NCBI GenBank assembly: GCA_951406725.2
Contig: OX597832.1
Coordinates: forward strand, 30,628,001-30,692,000
Reading direction: 5' to 3'
Length of the DNA stretch: 64,000 bases
Source of the DNA: Octopus vulgaris
Lineage: Eukaryota
The notes below the pieces were generated by a model, which was not told where the DNA came from, ran no database searches, and worked only from the letters and a program-made list of their open reading frames with translations. Position numbers and translations under genes: made by a program. This document shows positions 24,264-36,550 of the stretch, piece by piece; the first letter of the stretch is position 1; every line of letters starts with the position of its first letter.

Positions 24264-24895
24264 ACTGTATGCTTGGTGTTGTTCAGCCGCAAACACCTGG
24301 CCACAACCTGCCCGAGGTAACCATCGTTTAAAACCAGCGATTTTCGACCGTTTTCGATTCATGATGGAACCACGAACGTTACGGAAAGCCATCAGCTTTT
24401 TATTAAAAAAAGTTTTATTATATCTAAAATCAAGAACAAAAAAGGGTATCAAAATTATTTTGAAACAGGGCTGGACACATACGCTTTAATTTGTCACAAA
24501 GGAATAGGCATGGACCAGTGTGGTGCATTAGGAAACGTTAAGGGTACCCGAGTCGGTGCTTTTATCAGGGTAAATGATAAGTAATCATCATCGAAACCGA
24601 CGGAGATCCATTCAAGTCTTAACGTCCACGTCGACAATATTTTGTTGCTGAACTGACATCCCAAATCGAGCTCAATTAATCCATGTAAAGCAATGTTTAA
24701 AAATTGCCTCCCATTTAAAAAAAAAATTTCCCCTAATTAGCGTTATTAATTAATACTAAAAGAAAGTTTTAATAAGTTTCTGCTGAATTATGATAATTAA
24801 GTTTCCCGCTAAGTTTATTGACAGTAATCATTAAAATAAGGAATTAATAATAAAAATGGTTAACCTTAAAAGATTAGTCAAGATATAAACATTAA

Positions 24896-25160
24896 GGGAA
24901 CTACTTGAGAACAGTGGTCCCGATGCGCGCACTCGCGTAGTCGCGCTAGCTAGTCATGACTAGTCGATCCTTACTTTGTGCTTTGTGTTATTTACTTTGT
25001 TTAAACAATTATTTACATTGTGTTTTTGTGTTTTATTTTGTGTAAAAAAATTATTGATTTTGTGTTTTATTTACTTTGCTAGGGAGTCGTTGTAGGATCG
25101 ACTAGTGACGACTAGCTAGCGCGGATGCGCGCACTGGGACCACTGTTCTCAAGTAGTACC
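24896..25160. mobile_element. GG-ended MITE with ~75-bp CpG-rich TIRs, flanked by a 26-bp direct repeat
   Basis: GGAACTACTTGAGAACAGTGGTCCC... / ...GGGACCACTGTTCTCAAGTAGTACC; flanks 24870-24895 and 25161-25186 match at 25/26. Confidence 0.85.
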
Positions 25161-25583
25161 AAGGTTAGTCAAGATATAAACATTAACCATAAAATTTGTT
25201 CCACTGTGATCAATAATAATTAATTTCGTTCGTTGGGTTTGTATGAATTTAACAAGTTAAAGTACAATTATACCAACAGACCACGTTCACGTAATGGCAG
25301 GCGTTGACGTAAACAGCCGAAGTTTAGACTCTTTTTTTTTTTTTAATCTCAAGCACAGGTAAATAAGAACTCATTTGCTGTTCTCAGTTACCGAGAAAAC
25401 AACAAAGAAGAAACACCTACGGTTCAGTAATTTGAAAAACAAAAATAAAAAATTACAGCTTGATAAGAGAGGTCACTAGTATTAACTATCACAACAGATA
25501 CACTCACACACACACATACGCAATCATATAAACACACAGACACATGTATACACATGCACACATACATATAGATACGCTCTTAC

Positions 25584-25779
25584 CCATGCAGGGACAATAG
25601 ATCAAATATCCACGTTCGTCCCAGACGAAAGTCTTCACAAGTTTTTTTGATTCATCCGCTGTGACATCGGCAGACACTTTCAATGAAATTGTTAAAAGGA
25701 AAGTCAATAAATATGCGTATTCTTGCCACCGAAAACGACGGCAAAGTCGAGAGACTGGAAGATGGGTGAAACACGCCAT
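25584..25779 (-). CDS. POFUT1: POFUT1 coding exon 1 (MACFTH...hydrophobic segment...WDERGYLIYCPCM)
   Basis: ATG in good context (ACAATGG), donor G|GTAAGA. The start codon is inferred. Confidence 0.88.
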
Positions 25780-26494
25780 TGTCAGTCTGTGTGTAAATGT
25801 GTCGGAGGTTAGACACATACATACACACACACATATATATGTATGTGTGTGTGTGTATAATAATTAAAAGACAAGTTATAACTTATTATTCCCCCCCTCT
25901 TCGCTATATTTTTTTTTAAATAAATATATTAGTGATGTTTATTTAATCGTCTCAAAACGAATAATTAACTAAAAACTAAAAATTTATTTATAATGTACGT
26001 CTTTCAGAACATCGTCATTTTATAAGATTTTGGTGGCAAATTTTAAAAATAACATAATTTATTTGCCTGAAAGAATCATTACCCGAGAACTTTCATCTAA
26101 TTCTTCCAAATCTGTTATAAATGTAATAATGACTGGCGAGGCCTACCAGCACCTAAAGATCGTTGAAAAACGATTCCTCGGGTCGGTTATCTATAAAATA
26201 ACTAAAAAAAAAAAAAAAAGCTTTAATATCTCAACTTCCCATGTTCCCTGCACTTCAAAAATTCCAAAGCTTTGAATTTTTCCCAACAACTGATATATCT
26301 CATTCCGTTTGTTTTTTTTTTTTTTTTTCTCCTTTATGTTTTAATAAACGAAAGATTATATTTTATTTAGTTTTACATTTCTTGGGGTACTCAAGTATTT
26401 GGGATTTGTTGGCGAAGGAGGAATATGATTGTGATTGTGAATATTCTTGCTTCTCCATTGCCGTTCTTAATGGGTGAAACCAATTGAAAACAAG

Positions 26495-26876
26495 GGCGAT
26501 CTTTCGTCTCTAGTAGACCTTTCCGTCGATTTCCGTAAAAAAATTTTTTTTTTACATATGGGCTTGCGGGAACTTTTGAAGGAATGAGAGCGAAAGAGAC
26601 ACATTACTCTTTCTGTCTCTTCACACACACTAACAGAAGCACTTCACTTACACAACATACTGTCTGTCTCCCACACCCCATCAAACACACACACACACAC
26701 ATGTACATCAATGCTCCCATGCACGGTAACTTCAAAAGAACTTCGCTCGTCATACAATCGCTTTCTCTTAGTCTCTTTCGCTCTCATTACTTCAAAAGTT
26801 CCTGCAAGCCCATATGTAAAAAAAAAATTTTTTTACGGAAATCGACGGAAAGGTCTACTAGAGACGAAAGATTGCC
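26495..26876. mobile_element. GG-ended MITE (Merlin-like) with ~105-bp TIRs
   Basis: GGCGATCTTTCGTCTCTAGTAGACC... / ...GGTCTACTAGAGACGAAAGATTGCC; flanks aaaacaag / taaacaag (7/8). Confidence 0.88.
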
Positions 26877-26954
26877 TAAACAAGTTTAAAAAAAAAAACA
26901 AAAACAGAATCCAATGGCCGGTGGGGGGGGGGGTTATCAATTATAAAAAGTTTG

Positions 26955-27183
26955 TGATTTTTACCTTTTGACCGACAGATTTAAAAAATAATTTTTTGCA
27001 ACTAAACTCTTTCAAATTTCGTATACTTGTTCTCTTGGCGTTGTTGAGAAAATTCTGTATTTTGGAAGTTATTTTTTGTTAAAGTTGTCGTATTTCTACC
27101 CATTCTACCAGTTTACGAAGTTTGAAAGTGTTTAGTTACAAAAAAATTATTTTTTAAATCTGTCGGTCAAAAGGTAAAGATCC
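26955..27183. mobile_element. MITE (Merlin-like) with a perfect 8-bp TSD
   Basis: TIRs of about 70 bp ending GGTCAAAAGGTAAAGATCC; AAAGTTTG at both 26947-26954 and 27184-27191. Confidence 0.9.
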
Positions 27184-27437
27184 AAAGTTTGTTGTATGTC
27201 GTGGCAGACATGAATTCTCCTCTCATGTTGTTTAACCACAGGCCACACCCGAGATCATGCAAACCTGTAGAGGGTAGTCAGTGGCGCGTAGCCTAGTGGT
27301 TAGAGTGTTACCCTTACGACCACGAGATCGTGGTTTCGATTCCTGGACGGGGCAATATGTCGTGTTCTTGGACAAAATATTTCATTTCAAGTTGCTCTGC
27401 AATCACCTTGACAGTTTTGCAAAAGAGACTGATAGGC

Positions 27438-27805
27438 ACAGGAGTGGCTGTGTGGTAAGTAGCTTGCTAACCGACCACATGGTTCCGGGTTCAGTCCCAC
27501 TGCGTGGAATCTTGGGCAAGTGTCTTCTGCCATAGCCCCGGGCCGACCAATGCCTTGTGAGTGGATTTGGTAGATGGAAACTGAAAGAAGCTTGTCGTAT
27601 ATATGTATATATATATATGTGTGTGTTTGTCCCCCTAGCATTGCTTGACAACCGATGCTGGTGTGTTTACGTCCCCGTCACAGCAAAAGAGACTGATAGA
27701 ATAAGTACTGGGCTTACAAAGAATAAGTCCCAGGGTTGATTTGCTCGACTAAAGGTGGTGCTCCAGCATGGCCGCAGTCAAATGACTGAAACAAGTAAAA
27801 GAGAG
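27438..27805 (+). mobile_element. SINE family B
   Basis: Nearly identical to 18975-19370. Confidence 0.85.
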
Positions 27806-28462
27806 GCAGTGCTCAGCATGGCCGCAGTCTAATGATTGGAACAAGTAAATGGTAAAACACACCCATGTTACACATTAGGGAAGCAGTAGTAGCTACCCCA
27901 GCTCTCTAAGCTGGGCCAGGGGACAACATCTCACTCATAAGCTTTATTTTTGCTTTAGTTTCCATGGCTGGATGTCCCTCAACTCCACCCTTGCCTCTTT
28001 TCAAAGGGTGCTGGGTATGTTTTTCTTTTTTTCTTTGTTCAGTATACCACCTGAAAAGAGGCCGTTAGGTTTCCAAGTGACAGCATGTGACTAAGTAGTT
28101 AGGATATTCCGCTCTCGGTCGTATGGTCATGAGTTCAAACCCTGGTGGCTTCTTGTGTCCTTCAGCAAGACACTTTATTTCACTTTTGCTCTAGTGCACT
28201 CAGCTGGCAAAAATGAGTTGTACCTGTAATTCCAAGGGGCCAGCCGTGGCCCATTCTGTGTCACGTTGGATCTCCCTAAGAACTACATGAAGGGTACACA
28301 TGTCTGTGGAGTACTCAGCCACTTGAAGGTTAATTTCATGGGTAGGCTCTTCTGTTGATTGGTTCTACCGGAAAACTCATCGTAGTCACCAACAGAATAC
28401 CATTCAAGTTGCCATCGAATGCCCCTAATAGCCTCAAACTTAAGAATGCAGTGGGAGGATGT

Positions 28463-29022
28463 ATCATCATCATCATCATCATCCTCATCGTTTAACGTCC
28501 GTTTTCCATGCTGGCATGGGTTGGACGGTTCGACCGGGGTCTGGGAAGCCAGAAGGCTGCACCAGGCTCCAGTCTGATCTGGCAGTGTTTCTACAGCTTG
28601 ATGGCCCTTCTTAACGCCAACCACTCCGTGAGTGTAGTGGGTGCTTTTTACGTGCCACCAACACAGGTGCCAGGGGAGGCAGCGCTGGCATCGACCACGT
28701 ACGGATGGTGCTTTTTAGGTGCCAGGGTAGGCTGGCAACAGCCACAATCGGTTGGTGCTTTTTACGTGCCACCGGCACAAAAGCCAGTCAAGGCAGTGCT
28801 GGCATTGACCATGTACGGATGGTGCTTTTTAGGTGCCAGGGTAGGCTGGCAACGGCCACGATCGGTTGGTGCTTTTTACGTGCCACCGGCACAAAAGCCA
28901 GTCAAGGCGATGCTGGCATTGGCCACGTACAGATGGTGCTTATTACATGCCACCAGCATAGGTGCCAAGAGAGACAATCAACGGCCACGAATGGTTGGTG
29001 CTTTTTATGTGCCACCAGCAGG
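28463..29022 (-). mobile_element. RTE LINE 3'-end copy with expanded internal tandem units
   Basis: Terminal motif plus several GGTGCTTTTTACGTGCCACC units; source of ORFs 28508 and 28705. Confidence 0.8.
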
Positions 29023-29616
29023 TTAATATGTGTATTTATTATTTATTGTCCAAAAACCGAAAGAGAGAGAGAGAATAGTAAAAATATCTGCAAACCAACC
29101 ACAACATGGGTTTGTTTCTTTTTAGCAATAAATCATCATCCAGCTGGACAATGTCCAATATCGGAAATCAGATAGATGTATAAAAATAAAATCTTCCGTT
29201 AAGCTAAAGTCGGTAGAGTTTCCCCGAGATTAAAATATCACAAATGTACCAAAATAAAAAAAAAATCATAAAAGAAAATTTTTTAAAAAACCCAACAAAA
29301 CTAAATACATTTGAGGACAAGTTTTATGGACAGAAATGATGGATTGTTTTCTACTTCTCATAATTTATGCACTCTCTTGGTCATGAACCGACTTGTTTGC
29401 AGGTAATCAAGTATAATTAATTATTAAACCTCGAGGAGTGGATGTTAATCATTCAGATACACACATACACACACGTATATATATATATATATGCATGTTA
29501 GACATGCATGGGTGGACACAGTTTCATGTACTTGAATATATGTTCATGTATTTATCTATAAAGAGCTGTGAGTACATACATACATATATGTATACAAGCT
29601 TATACATACATACATG

Positions 29617-29655
<39 letters not shown>

Positions 29656-29666
29656 TTATATATATA

Positions 29667-29972
29667 TAAAGGGTAAAGACCCCCTTCGGTCATGAATGAC
29701 CATGGGATTGCACCTAGAAAGTTACCCTCCTAGACACAAGTCCGGGCAAGGTTGTTTATGGAAGACCAGCAGTCGCCCATGCATACCAGCCTCCCCTCTC
29801 CACGCCACTGATGTTATCCAAAGGAAAGACAAAGGTCGATACAGCTTGGCACCTGTGACGTCGCAACTCATTTTTACAGCTGAGTGAACTGGAGCAACGT
29901 GAAATAAAGTGCCTTGCTCAAGAACACAACACGCAGCCCGGTCCGGGATTCGAGCTCACAACCTCACGATCG

Positions 29973-29973
<1 letters not shown>
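29667..29973 (-). mobile_element. SINE sharing the family C head/core but with a different 3' tail
   Basis: Core gcaacgtgaaataaagtg(c/t)cttgctcaag is shared with 48013-48045; the tail is unrelated. Confidence 0.65.
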
Positions 29974-30004
<31 letters not shown>

Positions 30005-30086
30005 CACACACATACATACACACAACAAACTTAGATAAAACTTAGATATGTTTCAACCAAAGATTGGTTCAGGCCATGTCTAACTT

Positions 30087-30120
<34 letters not shown>

Positions 30121-31564
30121 GATATATATATCTATATATATATATACATACATGTATATATATATGTATATATATGTATAGAAAGAGAGAGAGTGAGAGA
30201 GAGAGACACACAGACAGACAGACAAACAGATAAATATATGGATGGATAGCTAGCTAGATAGATAGATAGAGAGATGTAATAGAGAGATGTAACTATGGAA
30301 ACGATGCTGAAAGCCAAAACATTGGAGGTTCTTAAGAGTCCTTTGACCTGTCGCATCCTGTCAAACCATCCAACCCTTACCATTATTAATCATAGAATAC
30401 AGACTTCAAGTGATGGTGATGCAAGATAATGATATACATATACATAATATATATATACATACATACATACATACATACATACATACATACATACATACAT
30501 ACATACATACATACATACATACATACACACATACATACATATACACACACACATACATACATACATACATACATACACACATACATACATACATACATAT
30601 ATATACATATATATATATGTATATATATGCATACATACATATATATATGTATATATTTATAGAGAGAGAGAGAGAGTGATGATTCGTGCCAAATTAGCTT
30701 CACTTCATTAACTCCCGTGTCCGTGTGTCCCAGTTGTTCAGTCAATGGAACTATTTGCTCCTATTATAGTACAGGGCACCTGTACTATTGATGCAATTGT
30801 CGGCCAGAACCAGTACAGCAGCAGCGGCAGTAGCAGCAGCATGTGACGAGGCCGGGCAGTTTGGAATTATCAGAGATGTCGTCTCACCTGACAAGCTTCG
30901 GCATTGTCTTTAACGGCACGGATTCACTTCCGGAGCTTGTACGGACCTGAATCTAGGACGGATTCAGGTTTCAATGTGTGGCACTTAGTTGACAGGGTCT
31001 GTCTACTTTAGCTCGGAGCTGACCAAAAGTGTTGGAAGTGAATTAGAGTGAATTTCATCTTCATCATCATCACCACCATCATCACCATCATCATCATCAT
31101 CACCACCACCATCATCATCATCATCATCACCATCATCATCTCATCATCACCACCATCATCACCATCATCATCATCACCACCACCATCATCATCACCACCA
31201 TCATCATCATCATCACCATCATCATCTCATCATCACCATCATCATCATCATCATCAATTATACCTGTCCTAAACAAAATGGCATTACCTTTTGACTCACC
31301 CTCGTACTTTGTCAAAGAAGTACAGAAATCCATAGAGAGAACATTTTTCTGTTCCGTGTTTCATCAATATTTCACCAGTTATCATAAACACGTCTCGGAG
31401 TGATTGGCGTTAGGAAGGGCATCCAGCTGTAGAAACTCTGCCAGATCAAGATTGCAGCCTGGTGCGGCCGTCTGGTTCTCCAGCCCTCAGTCAAAGTCAT
31501 CCAACGCATGCCAGCATGGAAGGCAGACGTTAACCAACGATGATGATGATGATGATGATGATTG

Positions 31565-32090
31565 TGTGAGTGACTATGGCTCTGCCTACTTCACCAAATA
31601 TTTTCAGCATTTCAGTGACTGTACTTCATGGACCAGCTGCTTTTCCCGCCCTCCTATCATTAATCATGCACTTGACCAGACAGCAGTTAAGTGCAGTTGC
31701 TCATTCCTCTGTTCCGTTCACTTGGAATAGTTCCTCCTTCTCCCATACATTCTTCACATTCACCAAAATCTCATAGTAACATTTCCAAGCCTCTTTCCTC
31801 TTGGTGTTGATGAAGGTTACCGAATTACTGTCGTTCCAAACACACGTTTCCTCAATTGTCGCAATTCTTACTGACCTACTGTCTTGCAACCTGAAACACC
31901 TGATGCCTTCTTTGTTCCTCTTATGGCAGAACTTTAGAAAATTTCTTTCTTTCAGTATGTCTCAAATCTGATTTCCCAGACATGTGTATGAAACATTTCG
32001 GCATGGCTCTTTTGGCACCACTGAATCAGCACTGACTTATTTGACATCAAACATTTTGATGTTTCTCTCATTATCAACCTGTCTCTTTCT
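31565..32090 (-). mobile_element. Decayed RTE LINE fragment (endonuclease-RT linker)
   Basis: Translates to KEAWKCYYEILVNVKNVW...GKAAGP*STVTEMLK, the GKA(A/P)GP motif preceding a LINE RT. Confidence 0.7.
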
Positions 32091-32095
32091 TTTAA

Positions 32096-32499
32096 CCCTT
32101 TTGTTACTCTATTTATTTTGAGATGCTCTGTGTTTCTTTCAATTACTTTAAATATAACAAAGAATTTTGTAAAATAACTTAGTTACCATTAAGCTAGTGT
32201 TAGGAACATAAATTGTGACTAAGGTTTGGTGGAAGATTTTAATTCAGAACTTATGAAAACAAGACATTTGCCTTAACCCTTTTGATACCATATTTCTGTT
32301 GAGATGCTCTGTTTTTCTCTCAATTAATTTTAAATATAACAAAAGAATTTAGTAAAATAACTTAGTTATCATTAAGCTAGTGTTAGGGACATAAATTGTG
32401 ACTAAGTTTTGGTGGAAGATTTTAATTCAAAACTTATGAAAACAAGACTTTTGGACTACAGAGCCAGATCCAGTTTCAGCCAGGTTGGTAATAAAAGGG
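32096..32499. mobile_element. Tandem piggyBac-like MITEs (truncated copy plus full copy 32277-32499)
   Basis: TTAA|CCCTTT starts at 32096 and 32277; AAAGGG|TTAA ends at 32499. Confidence 0.82.
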
Positions 32500-32710
32500 T
32501 TAATGTGTGTGAGAGCATCTAATCATGTTTGTATGCATGTATGATATCTCTCTGTCTCTCTCCTCCTTTCTCTTTCCAACTCTCTCTCTGTATGTGTGTA
32601 TTTCGGCATTTGTGCATGAGTGTGTGTGTGTATGTGTGTGTGTGTGCGTGCGCGCGTGTGTGTGTGTGTGTATGAAGGTACATGGCATAGTGGTTAGGGT
32701 ATCTGGTTAG

Positions 32711-33297
32711 CGGCGAGCTGGCAGAGTCATTAGCATGCTGGGCAAAATGCTTAGCGGTATTTCATCTGCCGTTACGTTCTGAGTTCAAATTCCATCGAGA
32801 TCAACTTTGCCTTTCATCCTTTCGGGGTTGATAAATTAAGTACCAGTTACGCACTGGGGTCGATATAACTGACTTAATCTGTTTGTCCCCTCTGTGTTTA
32901 GCCCCTTGTGGGTAGTAAAGAAATAGGTATTTCGTCTGTCACTACGTTCTGAGTTCGAATTCCGCTGAGGTCGACTTTGCCTTTCATCCTTTCGGGGTCG
33001 ATAAATTAAGTACCAGTTACGCACTGGGGTTGATATAATCGACTTAATCCGTTTGTCTGTCCTTGTTTGTCCCCTCTGTGTTTAGCCCCTTGTGGGTAGT
33101 AAAGAAATAGGTATTTCGTCTATCGCTACATTCTCAGTTCAAATTCCGCCGAGGTCGACTTTGCTTTTCATCCTTTCAGGGTCGATAAATTAAGTACCAG
33201 TTACGCACTGGGGTCAATATAATTGACTTAATCCGTTTGTCTGTCCTTGTTTGTCCCCTCTGTGTTTAGCCCCTTGTGGGTAGTAAAGAAATAGGTA
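32711..33297 (+). mobile_element. SINE family A trimer (one headed unit plus two 184-bp units)
   Basis: Units restart at GGTATTTCGTCT at 32926 and 33110. Confidence 0.88.
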
Positions 33298-34914
33298 TCT
33301 GGTTCATAATCATCCGGTTGTGAGTTCAATTCCCAGTGGTGCCTTGTGTTTTTGAGTAAGATGCTTTATTTCCACTCAGCCAACAAAAATGAGCAGTCCC
33401 TGTAATTCGAAGGGCCAGTCTTGTCACCTTCTCTGAGAACTTCTTTAATAAGGCTACGTGTGTCTGTGGAGTACTCGACTATTATATGTCTTTATATCTC
33501 TCTATCAATCTCTCCATATATGGACATATCCTGATACGACAGATATATTTTCAATATATATCACGTTTCACATGAACTTTCTGAATTTTCTAAACACTCC
33601 TCTCTCATTATTTATTATTTTTTTTTTTGTGTGTTTCATGGCTGTGAATTCTTGATATTTTTGTTAATCTTTTGTTGTCACATGATATCACATTTCTGTG
33701 ACATTATTGCTCAAATGAGCTGGCAGAATCGCTAGCATGCCGGGCGAAATATTTCCTGGTATTTACCCCATCGCTACGTTCTGAGTTCAAATTCCATCAG
33801 GGTCGACTTTGCCTTTCATCCTTTCAGGATTGATAAAATAAGTACCGGTTGTATACTAGGGGTCGATGTAATCAACTAGTGGTGGTACTGGGAGTGGTGG
33901 GGTTTATCATGCAGCTTTGCAATGAGTCCCAAGTCAACAATGTGTGTCATTGTTTTGATGCAAATTGTTTGTTGCTTGAGAAATATTGGTCAAGTTTAAT
34001 GAAATCTACTCAATGTACTCAATGCAATGAAGTTCCATTGTTGGGGCCCCTCAAAGGCCCAATGAAGATCCCTCCACACAAACACACAATTTTCAAGCAA
34101 CTTGCAAATATTGATAACCATCAAGTGATTAGATTTAAAACGTTTCAGCATCCAGCAGATAAATCTACATCTATTGCCATAGCAACTGTAATGATAAATT
34201 ATGTTTGTCAGCTTGAAACAAATAATTATGAAGGCCACAACGCAGCGAATTTTTGCATTGTTTGGTTGAAGATGAAAAAAAGAGAAAGGTGTGTGTGTTT
34301 GTGTGTATGTGCTTGTGTGTGTGTGTGTGTGTGTGTATGTGCATGTGCTTGTGTGTGTGTGTGTATATGTGCTTGTGTGTGTGTGTGTGTGTGTGTGTGC
34401 ATGTGCTTGTGTGTGTGTGTGCTTGTGTGTGTGTGTGTGTGTGTGTGTACATGTGCTTGTGTGTGTGTTTGTGTGTATGAGGCGTGGTGGTGGTGGTGGT
34501 GGTGGTGGGCGCTGTATGTGGCTGAATGTGTGAGTGAGTGTGTATATGTTAGTACCTGCATGTATGTGTGACTGTGCGGATGTGAGTGACTCAGCTGTTT
34601 ATTACTTAAGGAAAGGCCATGGGTTCGTTAATGGTCACAGCCAAATGGCTTTTTATCACAGAGTAATAAATGCATTACCTAGGGTTAAAAAAAAAAAACC
34701 CCAACACATCGTGAGATATCTTTCTGTGTTTTATCTGTTTTAGTCATTAGACTACGACCATGCTGAGGTACCACTTCAAAGGGTTTAGTTGGACAAGTCC
34801 ACCTCAGAACAAGCCTGGTACATGTCTATCAGTCGTTATTGCCAAACTGCTAAGTTACTGGGACATAAACAAACCTACCATTTGTCAAGCAGTGATGAAT
34901 GACAAAGACACACA

Positions 34915-34957
<43 letters not shown>

Positions 34958-36515
34958 ACACACACACACAGATATACAAACATACATAGAAAGAAAGACA
35001 GACAGACAGACAGACAGATAGATAGATTTCTTTCAGTTTCTGTCTACCAAATGCATTCACAAGGCTTTGGCCAGACCAGGATTATAGTAGAAGACACTTG
35101 CTCAAGGTGCCATGCATTGGGACTGAACTGAAGATGACACGGTTGAGAAGCAAACTTTTTACCACACAACCACACCTGCATCTAATATTCTCGATGTTGT
35201 TCACTCGTTTTCTGGTTTCAGTCATTGGATGGCAGCCGTGCTGGGGCACAGCCTTCAAAGTTAAAGGATCGATTCTATTGACTCTGCCTCTCATTCGTAT
35301 TTCAGCCAGATGCTTGTTTTATTGATATGCAAACATGAAGTAATTCTGAGCCTCAAGAAACAGCTGTTGGACCTGTAACACTATGCCTTCTCCCTTTAAT
35401 TTTCTGTGTCTTTGAATTCTGTGTAAGTTTGCTCTGTGCGGTCTGGCTGGCGATGCAAGTGCCGTCTGACTGACACTTGTGCCAGTGGCACATGACAAGC
35501 ACTGTTGAAACATTGAGCCTCATGGAGGCAGTGTGGCCAAGACCTTTGGCGATATACCATGCATGTATTGACTGGTCAAACCAAGTGAGACAATAGTTGT
35601 GGCTGATGCCAGTGTCAGGTCAATGGCACCTGTGCCACTGGCACATAAAAACACCCACTACACTCTCTGAGTGGTTGGTGTTAGGAAGGGCATCCAGCCA
35701 TAGAAACCTTGCCAAATCAGATCAGAATCTGGTGCTGCTCCCCGGCTTTCCAGTTTTCAATCAAACCATGCGACACATACCAGCATGGGAAATGGACTTT
35801 AAATTATGATGATGATGATGGTGATGGTGATGGTGATGGTGGTGGTAATTATGATGATGGTGGTGATGATGATGTTACATGAATATTCATCATCTGAATA
35901 TTTTCCGTCTTTATTTTCTCTCAGAATCATCATCATCATCATCATTTAACGTCTGTTTTCCATGCTGGCATGGGTTGGATGGTTCGACTAGGGATCTGGG
36001 AAGCCAGAAGGCTGCACCAGGCTCCAGTCTGATCTGGCAGTGTTTCTACAGCTGGATGCCCTTCCTAACGCCAACCACTCTGTGAGTGTAGTGGGTGCTT
36101 TTTACGTGCCAATGGCACAGGGGCCACGGTAGGCTGGCAACGGCCACGATCGGTTGGTGCTTTTTACGTGCCACTGGCACAGAAGCCAGTCAAGGTGGTG
36201 CTGGCATCGACCACGTATGGATGGCGCTTTTTACGTGCCACTGGCACAGGTGCCAGGGGTGGCTGGCAATGGCCCTAATTACAATTTATAGAAATATGTA
36301 TATTTTGTATGTCTCGCACCCAAGCAGTTTTATTTGTTTATTTCCGTCATTATCTCCATATTAAGGTCTCCTGGGTTCTTCTCCTTAAGGCAACTCTTTA
36401 ACCTCCAGATTTGGTCCTTGATAATGATTCCAGAAGGAAGTTCAAATCATTTGAACGTCACTCTTTTCTGTAGTGTGAACATGTCAGGATCTCATCTATC
36501 GACTCTCTCTCCCTC

Positions 36516-36550
<35 letters not shown>

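Larger units (their letters stand above)
10063..25779 (-). other. POFUT1: GDP-fucose protein O-fucosyltransferase 1 gene span: join(25584..25779,21336..21430,19566..19743,14929..15028,13775..13970,12922..13052,11410..11515,10063..10224), 1164 nt, 387 aa
   Basis: The spliced product contains GYLIYCPCMGRFGNQ, LAPTYWPP, MKEGNPFGPFWD, GAPSSFPV, IGIHLRNGVDW, MASPQCLGY, IFVATD and DLAILEKSKHFIGNCISSF, which are hallmark POFUT1 (GT65) motifs. Confidence 0.96.

Noticed and set aside
28640-29022. Regularly spaced repeats resembling a CRISPR array
   Set aside because: The context is eukaryotic, the spacers are themselves repeated, and the units belong to the RTE 3' UTR.
31701-31889. Possible host exon with a good acceptor
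   Set aside because: The translation and the downstream GKAAGP motif identify it as a LINE fragment.
33849-34571. 240-aa ORF
   Set aside because: It starts in a SINE, ends in a (TG)n microsatellite, and the middle has no recognisable domain.
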